From Candidatus Magasanikiibacteriota bacterium (GTDB taxonomy: Bacteria; Patescibacteriota; Patescibacteriia; Magasanikbacterales; UBA922), in NCBI GenBank assembly GCA_003482855.1, contig DMXO01000002.1, positions 210,635 through 274,634 on the forward strand: a stretch of DNA of 64,000 bases. Direction: 5' to 3'. The first letter of the stretch is position 1. Each line of letters begins with the position of its first letter. Position numbers and translations under genes: made by a program. Under the pieces are notes generated by a model. That model did not search any database. It saw only the letters and a program-made list of their open reading frames with translations, and had not been told where the DNA came from. Below, piece by piece: positions 10,232 to 17,329 of this stretch.

Positions 10232-10345
10232 TAAATTCACCTAACTGTCCAATTCCCAATTCACCTAATAAAATTCAAATGTATAAATTGAAAATTATAT
10301 TATTGGACATTTTATTAGGTAATTGGAAATTAGGTGAATTAGAAA
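10232..10345. repeat. imperfect inverted repeat (aattcacctaa...ttaggtgaatt arms) at left edge of high-GC island
   Basis: aattcacctaactgtccaattcccaattcacctaataaaat ... attttattaggtaattggaaattaggtgaatt. Confidence 0.5.
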
Positions 10346-10581
10346 TTTTTATAGTAACCCTCAACACCTTCATAAACTTTTATAAAAGTGTAGTTGGGTT
10401 GGGATTCGGCGCGCAGTCGAATCCCTTCCCTCCTTTCCGCCTCCCGAGGGAGACGATGCGCCTGGACAGTGCCGCCAGGCTCGGCGTGGTTCACTCCCCG
10501 TGATCAGCTCTGCGCGAGCCGCGGATCATCATGAACGTGAATGTTTTCGACGCGGCGGCGGAGATAGAGGGTCGAGACGAC

Positions 10582-12573
10582 CTAGTTCTCCGGGGCGCAG
10601 TACACGCCCTCGTCGTTCCAACCGGTGCAGCCCACGGGGCCGGCGGGGTCGGCCACGCACCAGGGCGCCGTGTAGCAGCAGGAGGTGGCCGCCGTCGGGT
10701 CCGTGGTCGGCGTACCGCCGATCCACATCTCCTTCACGGGCGAGGCCATGCACGCCGCGAACAGCGGGTAGGTCGGCGCGGGCGTCGGCGTGTACACGCA
10801 GGTCATGTTGACGCAGGTGTCGATCGTGGCGCCGTTGCCGTCGTCGCAGTTCGCGTCGATCAGGCACTGGACGCAGGTCGCGTCGCCGCCACCGAGGTCC
10901 TGGCAGACGCCGGTCGTGCAGAGCGGCCCGCTGCTGCAGACGCCGGCCGTGCAGGTGTCGGCCGTGCAGGCATCGCCGTCGTCGCACTCGCCGTCGGCGG
11001 TGCAGTCCGGCACGCAGGCCGGGTCCGCCACGCAGTCGGGGTCGAGGCAGTCGGCGAGGCCGTCGGCGTCGTTGTCGAACGTGTCGGAGCAGGCGGCCTC
11101 GGTGTCGCAGTAGCCCGGGGCGCACATGGTGCAGCCCTGGACGTCGCGGCACTCCATGACGGCTCCGAGCGGACCGCACTCCTCCTCGTCAGCCCACAGG
11201 CCGACCTGCGTGCCCGGGATGAGCGTGCAGATGCGGTGCGTGAGGATGGCGGGGCCGGTGGTCTGCTCGACCTCGACGCAGAGCCCCTTGACCGTGACGC
11301 CGGCCTCGATCTCCTGCGCGGTGAACGTGCAGAAGTCGAGCGTGCAGATCGCGTCCGCGGTGCACACGCCGTTGCCGTCGGGCAGCTCGCAGAGCGAGCC
11401 CGTGGCCATCGGGTCGTGGCTGACGGCGCCGTTGGCCGAGTCGCACGCGTCGAGCGTGCAGGGGTTATCGTCGTCGGTGTCGACGTCGATGCCGACGCAG
11501 AGGCCGGCGACCGAGCAGGCGTCCTGCAGGGTGCAGGCGTCGCCGTCGTCGCAGATCAGGCTCGGCTGCGGAACGTGGGTGACGACACCCTCGATGTCGC
11601 ACGCGTCGAGCGTGCAGTCGTTGAGGTCGTCGATGTCCGACTTGGGCTCCGCCTCGCAGAGGCCGACGATGCACATGTCGTTCATGGTGCAGGCGTCGCC
11701 GTCGTCGCAGGCGAGCCCGTCCATGGCCTCGGTGTCGAAGTCGCAGCCCGTGACCGAGTCGCACGTGTCGACCGTGCAGTCGTTCTCGTCGTCGCAGACG
11801 AGCGACTCGGACTCGCACCAGCCCGTGACGAGGTTGCACGTGTTCACCGTGCAGGCGTCCGCGTCGGTGCAGTCCGTGTTCGACTCGCACTCGACGAGCT
11901 CGCGGCAGTAGCCGACCGCGGCCGGGGTGAGCGCCTCGGGGTTGATGGCGCACTCCTGCTCGTGCCCGTTGGGGCTCACGGGACAGGGGTCCACGATCGG
12001 GACGAGGTGGCAGTTGCCATCCACGTCCAGGTGGGTCACCACGGAGAAGCGGCCGACGTACACCTCGAGCTCGCCCGTGGCCGGGTTGTACCAGAGGTCG
12101 CCGTCCTCGGCCGTGTCGCACGACACGAGGTAGCGGGGGCCGATCGGGCCGTAGCAGTCGGAGCCCGTGATGCCCGGCTGGAACGTGAGCGCCGACCGCG
12201 TGGTCATGGTGCCGTCGCCGTTGTCGATGATGCCGAACTCCTCGTTGAGGTTGATCTGCGCCGTGTTGTAGCGCTCCACGATCGCCTCGTACGAGAGGGG
12301 CTCGACGTTGACGCTGGCGGGGTAGGCCGAGCAGCCCGTGTTGCGGTCGACCATCGGGTTCTCCGAGATCGGGCCGCAGTAGGTGTAGCCCTGGGGCGAC
12401 ACCGCGAACACGTGCTGCACGCTGACCTCGTCGGTCACGCTGGCGTACCACCAGGTCGAGTCGACCTGGAGCTGGTTGGTGGGCGCCTCCTTGTCGCCCA
12501 GGTTCGGGTTGTTGGCCTCGCAGCCGATGATGCCGATGACGCCGAGCACGAACAGAACCGTCGCCTTGCGCAT
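10582..12573 (-). CDS. lipoprotein with Cys/Asp-rich tandem repeats (Myxococcus-type cysteine-rich-repeat-like)
   Basis: Lipoprotein signal MRKATVLFVLGVIGIIGC. Repeated units CDDGDACTxxDxC and DxNDCTxDxCD. SD GGGAGG 7 nt upstream of ATG. Confidence 0.65.
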   Translation of the reverse strand: MRKATVLFVLGVIGIIGCEANNPNLGDKEAPTNQLQVDSTWWYASVTDEVSVQHVFAVSPQGYTYCGPISENPMVDRNTGCSAYPASVNVEPLSYEAIVERYNTAQINLNEEFGIIDNGDGTMTTRSALTFQPGITGSDCYGPIGPRYLVSCDTAEDGDLWYNPATGELEVYVGRFSVVTHLDVDGNCHLVPIVDPCPVSPNGHEQECAINPEALTPAAVGYCRELVECESNTDCTDADACTVNTCNLVTGWCESESLVCDDENDCTVDTCDSVTGCDFDTEAMDGLACDDGDACTMNDMCIVGLCEAEPKSDIDDLNDCTLDACDIEGVVTHVPQPSLICDDGDACTLQDACSVAGLCVGIDVDTDDDNPCTLDACDSANGAVSHDPMATGSLCELPDGNGVCTADAICTLDFCTFTAQEIEAGVTVKGLCVEVEQTTGPAILTHRICTLIPGTQVGLWADEEECGPLGAVMECRDVQGCTMCAPGYCDTEAACSDTFDNDADGLADCLDPDCVADPACVPDCTADGECDDGDACTADTCTAGVCSSGPLCTTGVCQDLGGGDATCVQCLIDANCDDGNGATIDTCVNMTCVYTPTPAPTYPLFAACMASPVKEMWIGGTPTTDPTAATSCCYTAPWCVADPAGPVGCTGWNDEGVYCAPEN

Positions 12574-12872
12574 GGGTTAACCTCCCGTGTTGCGCCGTTG
12601 CACGACCTCTCCCTCCCCAGACCTGGGGACAATGCCCTGGCTAAGGGGCGGGAGATAGAAAGCACTAGCCACTGACCTGAACAACTTTGTTATTCACTCA
12701 GTGGCTAGCACTTTCAAAAATACACTATATTGGATTGAAAGGTACTTCACCACCAAACTTATACAGTTTGATGATGACGATGCCTTTCCCCTCGTCCCCA
12801 TTCAGACACGCGCTTGGTAGCGACGCGTCCGAACAGCGGGGACGAGGGAAGGCGGAAGGACATGCGGCTCGA

Positions 12873-14147
12873 TCAGCCGCCGATGACGTCGGACCAGCCG
12901 AACCAGGTGGTGCCGCCGTTCTGCGAGCAGCCGTGGGCCGGATCGGCCTGGCACTCCGTGGCACCCACCGAGGTGGAGCCGCAGGTGACGACCTCGACCC
13001 ACATGCCGCTGGTGCAGCGGGCGAGCGAGGTGTTGCCCGTGGCCACGAAGTCGTAGCAGACCACGGCACCCTCGGTGCACTCGCTGGCCGTGACGGCCGG
13101 GGCGCAGTGCGCGAGGAGGCCCTGGTAGGGCTGGCACACGGTGCCCTCACCGCAGGGGTCGATCTCGACGCACGTGCCGTTGACCATGGTGGCCACGGTG
13201 CAGACGTTGCCGTCGGACTCGACGCACTGCGGGTCGCCCTCGATCACCTCGATGTGGTGGCAGCCGGAGGCCGCGTCGCACGTGTCGAAGGTGTCGTCGT
13301 TGGCGTCGTCGCAGGAGAGCGACGTGTTGGCGCAGTGGCCGTTGACCAGGCACTGGTCGAGCGTGCAGGCGTTGCTGTCGAAGCAGTCCTGGTTGCTCGT
13401 GCAGAGCTGGCGGCAGATGCCGACGTCGCACCACTGCGACTCGGGGTCACAGAGAGGCGCGAACTCGCACTCCTCGGTCTCCCAGTTGCACGTCGGGACG
13501 ACGCACGGGTCGGCCGACTCGCACGAGTTCAGGCACGCCGGCGGGAGCGACATGTGGCCGCAGTGGCCGGTGGCCTCGTCGCAGGAGTCCTGCGTGTTCG
13601 ACATGCCGTCGTCGCAGAACCCCACGTACACGGGGTTCCCGTTGACGTCGCAGAGGTCGGTCGTGCAGAGGCTGCCGTCGTTGGCGTCGCACACGCCGAC
13701 GTACTCCTCGACGCACACGCGCTCGCCGTTGTCGTCCGCCTTGCAGACGGACCGATAGAGCGGGTCGCTCGGGATGGGGCACGTGTAGGCGTAGCGCTTG
13801 ACGTTCCCCGTCATGTTGTCGCACACGTCGACCGTGCAGGGGTTGCCGTCATCGACGTTGGAGCACTCATGCTCCTTGATGACGCAGGCACCGAGCCAGC
13901 ACGCGAACGGCTCACCGCACTGCACCTCGTCGGTCGCGATGCACTCGCCGTTGGCGCACGTGCGGGTCTCGCAGGTGTCGGGATTCTCGGCGTAGCAGTC
14001 GGCCGACGTGAAGCACGTCAGCCCGACGTCGTCGGGGGTCGGCTCGCGCTGGACGGGCGGGGTCGTGGAGTTGTCGTCCTGGTTGAGGTACGGGTTGCCG
14101 TTGCAGGCCGCGAGGAACGCGAACACGAACAGGATGCTCTTCTTCAT
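12873..14147 (-). CDS. lipoprotein with Cys-rich repeats (paralogous architecture to 10582..12573)
   Basis: Lipobox MKKSILFVFAFLAAC. NPCTVDVCD / SLCTTDLCD / NACTLDQC repeats. SD GGAGAG upstream. Confidence 0.65.
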   Translation of the reverse strand: MKKSILFVFAFLAACNGNPYLNQDDNSTTPPVQREPTPDDVGLTCFTSADCYAENPDTCETRTCANGECIATDEVQCGEPFACWLGACVIKEHECSNVDDGNPCTVDVCDNMTGNVKRYAYTCPIPSDPLYRSVCKADDNGERVCVEEYVGVCDANDGSLCTTDLCDVNGNPVYVGFCDDGMSNTQDSCDEATGHCGHMSLPPACLNSCESADPCVVPTCNWETEECEFAPLCDPESQWCDVGICRQLCTSNQDCFDSNACTLDQCLVNGHCANTSLSCDDANDDTFDTCDAASGCHHIEVIEGDPQCVESDGNVCTVATMVNGTCVEIDPCGEGTVCQPYQGLLAHCAPAVTASECTEGAVVCYDFVATGNTSLARCTSGMWVEVVTCGSTSVGATECQADPAHGCSQNGGTTWFGWSDVIGG

Positions 14148-14224
14148 CTGGATCTCTCCGTCGGTTGGCCCGCACTCCGTGAGTCGGGCTCTGGTTCTTG
14201 TTCTCGATCTTCTTGCTTGAAGGA

Positions 14225-14833
14225 TCAGTACGCCCAGTACACTCCGGCGCCGGCTTCCTGGCGGTAGAGCGGGTCATCCCCGCCACCGAACCAGCCCGGC
14301 CCGAAAGTGTAGCGCGCCTCGAACCCGAAGTGTTCCCACGGTTGCCATCGCATGGCTACCGAGGCCACGAACGAGTTCACGACGTCGCTGTTCTGGGTCG
14401 TCGACATGCGGTCGTAGCCGATACCGGCGAGGCACTGGATCTTGTCCAGATGCGTCCGGTACGCGGCCTGGATCAGGCCCGTCATGAAGAGGGTGTCGAC
14501 GCCCTGCTCCATACCACCGGTCTCCACGCGCATGTAGCCGAAGTTCCCGAGGAACTCGAGACCGAAGTGCTGGGTCAGGGAGACCCAGCCCATGATCTGG
14601 AGCTTCGGGACTCCGGTCTGCACCTCGCCCGCGCCGCTGAAGTAACCCAGGAGGGCCACCTTGAAGCGGAACGAGTCGAGCTCGTGCGACATGGCGACCG
14701 ACTCGATCGCCGCGCGCGGGATGCGCGGGTCCGGGACCTGATACACGGTCGGCGCGGGCTGGGCCCGCACCGAGTTGGGGTTGAGGAACAGGACGAGGAA
14801 CAGGACGCTCAGGAACAGGTTCGCGCAACGCAT
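14225..14833 (-). CDS. outer-membrane beta-barrel protein (OmpA-like/OMP_b-brl), start at MRCANLFLSV...
   Basis: Signal peptide MRCANLFLSVLFLVLFLNPNSVRAQ, alternating hydrophobic beta-strand pattern, C-terminal aromatic (…GVYWAY), SD GGAGGGAG upstream. Confidence 0.55.
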   Translation of the reverse strand: MRCANLFLSVLFLVLFLNPNSVRAQPAPTVYQVPDPRIPRAAIESVAMSHELDSFRFKVALLGYFSGAGEVQTGVPKLQIMGWVSLTQHFGLEFLGNFGYMRVETGGMEQGVDTLFMTGLIQAAYRTHLDKIQCLAGIGYDRMSTTQNSDVVNSFVASVAMRWQPWEHFGFEARYTFGPGWFGGGDDPLYRQEAGAGVYWAY

Positions 14834-15059
14834 CGGACTCCCTCCGTCTGGGTGTGTTCGCAACTCGCGACTCTCGAAACGAAAGACTATAAATGTCCTT
14901 CCGCACTCCGACCCACAAGGCCGGAGATTGGAAATGTGTCTCCTAAGCACTCATACATATACAAAAAATACATTGTATATGCATACGTACTTAGGAAAAC
15001 ATTTGTAAAGAACAAAGGAATTCTTACCCTGTACCTTTATGGTACTAGGGTTATTCCCA

Positions 15060-15125
15060 TTTTCTGACAACATCTGATACAGATATTGTCACAAAGCGGG
15101 TGGGGTGGGGTATCGTCGTAAACAG
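15060..15125 (-). terminator. GC-rich hairpin (gcgggtggggtat/ataccccacccgc) downstream of 15201..16691 gene
   Basis: 13-bp stem, about 25-nt loop, followed on minus strand by TTTGTG; sits in AT-rich spacer inside island. Confidence 0.4.
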
Positions 15126-15200
15126 TCTCAAACTCATACCCCACCCGCAGATGTCCGTGGATCCTCCCGGTTCCTCGGACGTCGTGTCAAAATGCCCTGG

Positions 15201-16691
15201 TCACGGGCAGGTGGCGAGCACCCAGTTGCGGGCGTCGGCGCAGCGGCGGGGGTCGCCGTTGACCTGGCACACCATCTGGGTGTACTCGCTCTTGCCGCAC
15301 ACGATCGTGGCGGCGCCGGTCACGTCGCCCGCGAAGCACTCGACCGCCTTCGAGTCCTTCTCGATGTAGGTGCCCGAGCAGGTGCCCGAAGCGGTCGGGG
15401 CGGCGGCGCCACCAGTGGGGGCGGTCGGGGCGACGGGGGCGGTCTCGTGCACGATGCGGGTCGTGTGGCTGGTGCGGGTCACCGTGTTGTGCACGTTGAT
15501 CTCGCCCTCGGCCGTCACGTCGCCCGCCTTGACCTCACCGGCGCGCACGATGCCCGCCTTGACCTCACCGGCCTCGACCGTCTCGATCGTGACCGGGAAG
15601 GTGCGGGGCGCGGCCTCGGCGGCGAGGCGGGCGGCCTCGGCGGCGGCGGCGACCTTCTGGGAGAAAGCCGCGTCGTCACGGGCCGACTTCACGTCGTCGT
15701 TGCTCGGGTTGAGGGCCCAGAGCAGGAAGAACGTGAGGAGCGCCGCGCTCCCGATGATGCCGGCCATGATCCACCACGGCCGGCTCGCCTTCTCCGCGCG
15801 CTTGGCGTCGTCGTCGCGGACGATCGACGGGTTCAGAGCGAGGAGCTCCTTCACCGTCAGGTCGCCGACGATGGCGTTGCCGCCCGAGCGCCCACCGTTG
15901 GTGATGTTGTCGCGGAGGGCGACGAACACGGTGCGCTCCTTGGGCTCGGCGGAGACGACGGGGGCGACGACGGTCTGCGAGGGGCAGAGCTCCTTCATGA
16001 GCCGGAGGCTCGTGAGGAGGTCGTCCTTGCCCGCGGTGCGCGCGCGCTCGAGGTCCTCGGCGCTGATGGCCGGGACCGTCGTCGTGGTGTGCGCGTCGTC
16101 GTGGCCGTGGCCGTGGTGGCCGCCGTCGTTGGTCTCGCGCTGGGCGAGGACGTCGGCGACGCGCCGCTCGATCCCCTTGCGGGTGAGCGTGGTCATCGGC
16201 TTGCCGGTGCCACCGATCAGCACGAGCTGCTCGGGGTCCGACTCGTCGATGCCGAGCACGTGACCGGTGTTGATCGCGTGCTGCTCGGCGCGGGGGTTGA
16301 GCTCCGCCTGCTGGACCTGCGGACCGCCGAAGACCACGTTGGTCGTGCGGTTGCTGGCCAGGAAGGCGAGGAGGTCGCTGAGGCCGGGCTCGCTGGTGCG
16401 GGCCGAGGCCGGGCGGCGGGGCTCGTCGGTGGACGGCTGGCGGCGGGGCTCGGGCTCGCGGCGGGTGTCGGTGCGGGCCGAGGCCGGGCGGCGGGTGTCG
16501 GCGTTGCTGCCGCGGGTCCGCTCGTCCTTGCGCTTCTTGTTGCACCGCTCCTCGGTGTGCCCGGGCTTGCCGCAGTACGCGCAGGTGACCTGCTCGCGCT
16601 CGGTGGCGGGGGCCGCGTCGTCGGTGTGGGCGGCGGCGGTGTCGGTGGTGATCTCGGGGGCCTGGGTGCTGGGGTCGGTCGCGGTCGTCAT
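15201..16691 (-). CDS. membrane protein with N-terminal CCHC zinc knuckle, Arg/Pro-rich linker, single TM and repeat-containing Cys-bearing C-terminal domain
   Basis: CAYCGKPGHTEERC = CX2CX4HX4C. RRPASART duplicated. TM WWIMAGIIGSAALLTFFLLWAL. AGEVKAG x3 tandem. SD GGGAGAGAG upstream. Confidence 0.55.
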   Translation of the reverse strand: MTTATDPSTQAPEITTDTAAAHTDDAAPATEREQVTCAYCGKPGHTEERCNKKRKDERTRGSNADTRRPASARTDTRREPEPRRQPSTDEPRRPASARTSEPGLSDLLAFLASNRTTNVVFGGPQVQQAELNPRAEQHAINTGHVLGIDESDPEQLVLIGGTGKPMTTLTRKGIERRVADVLAQRETNDGGHHGHGHDDAHTTTTVPAISAEDLERARTAGKDDLLTSLRLMKELCPSQTVVAPVVSAEPKERTVFVALRDNITNGGRSGGNAIVGDLTVKELLALNPSIVRDDDAKRAEKASRPWWIMAGIIGSAALLTFFLLWALNPSNDDVKSARDDAAFSQKVAAAAEAARLAAEAAPRTFPVTIETVEAGEVKAGIVRAGEVKAGDVTAEGEINVHNTVTRTSHTTRIVHETAPVAPTAPTGGAAAPTASGTCSGTYIEKDSKAVECFAGDVTGAATIVCGKSEYTQMVCQVNGDPRRCADARNWVLATCP

Positions 16692-17063
16692 GGTACTCTC
16701 TCCCTAGTCCTGCCCCTGGTGGGGGCGCAGTGAAAGCGCGCCCCACGTTGGGGCTTTGGTAACCTACCGTAGGCCTCGCGACACACGTCGCGTGACCATA
16801 TCCGGATACTGTATATGATCATAGAGATCATAGCCTGTACCCGGATATGGTATTTTATTTTTTTGTAGCTATTTTGACACGAATTCTTGTAAAGAGCGAC
16901 ACTCACCCTATTTTAGGATGAACAGAAGATTATATCATATATTGTGTAGTTTGTCAAGAGATAAAGGCTCTATATTTTCCCTCGGGAGAACAGATATTTT
17001 TTGCTTAATATAGAGAAAAAAATGAAAAACAAAAAAGGCTTTATTGAGCCAATTTTGCTATCA

Positions 17064-17145
17064 CTCGAACACTTGAACACCTAAGCACTGGAGCACCAGG
17101 TCACTGAAGCATTTAAGCACTAGGACATTTAATTACTTAAACACC
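17064..17145. repeat. array of degenerate TAAGCAC/GAGCACC/TGAACACC ~9-bp units (intergenic motif family, copy A)
   Basis: cgaacacttgaacacctaagcactggagcaccaggtcactgaagcatttaagcactaggaca... Confidence 0.55.
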
Positions 17146-17202
17146 TATCATAATATGCTTCGGACTACAAAAACCATACAAATTATTTTTTTCTTCTGCA
17201 CT

Positions 17203-17265
17203 GCAACTCACCCCCGTCCCCTCTCTTAGTAAGAGAGGGGTGCCCCGAGTACTCGGGGTGGGGTG
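17203..17265. repeat. nested palindromic GC hairpins (aactcacccc…ggggtgagtt enclosing cccctctctt/aagagagggg and ccccgagtactcgggg)
   Basis: Direct reading; perfect 16-bp palindrome ccccgagtactcgggg inside larger inverted repeat. Confidence 0.5.
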
Positions 17266-17284
17266 AGTTACATAAAAAAAATAT

Positions 17285-17322
17285 AACAAAAAGCTCCCCG
17301 ATGATGAGAGCTTTTTTGTACT
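17285..17322 (-). terminator. rho-independent terminator of giant ORF
   Basis: Minus strand: aaaagctctcatcatcggggagctttttgtt immediately after stop. Confidence 0.5.
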
Positions 17323-17329
17323 AACCTGT

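Larger units (their letters stand above)
10391..16800. other. compositionally foreign high-GC (~70% GC) island within ~40% GC genome; 4 minus-strand genes
   Basis: Abrupt GC shift at about 10391 and about 16800 visible by eye; GC3-saturated codons; plus-strand ORFs are antisense artefacts. Confidence 0.8.

Noticed and set aside
10531-16746. Long plus-strand ORFs inside the high-GC island (e.g. 10531..12675 714 aa, 12687..14267, 15105..16733) and overlapping minus-strand Arg-rich frames
   Set aside because: They are Ala/Arg/Gly/Val-rich antisense or off-frame artefacts typical of 70% GC DNA. The minus-strand frames chosen have signal peptides, SD sites and conserved Cys spacing
10391-16800. 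Treating the island as certainly genuine HGT
   Set aside because: This was not rejected but cannot be confirmed. Host-like motifs in internal spacers favour authenticity, but an assembly chimera cannot be excluded without read-level evidence
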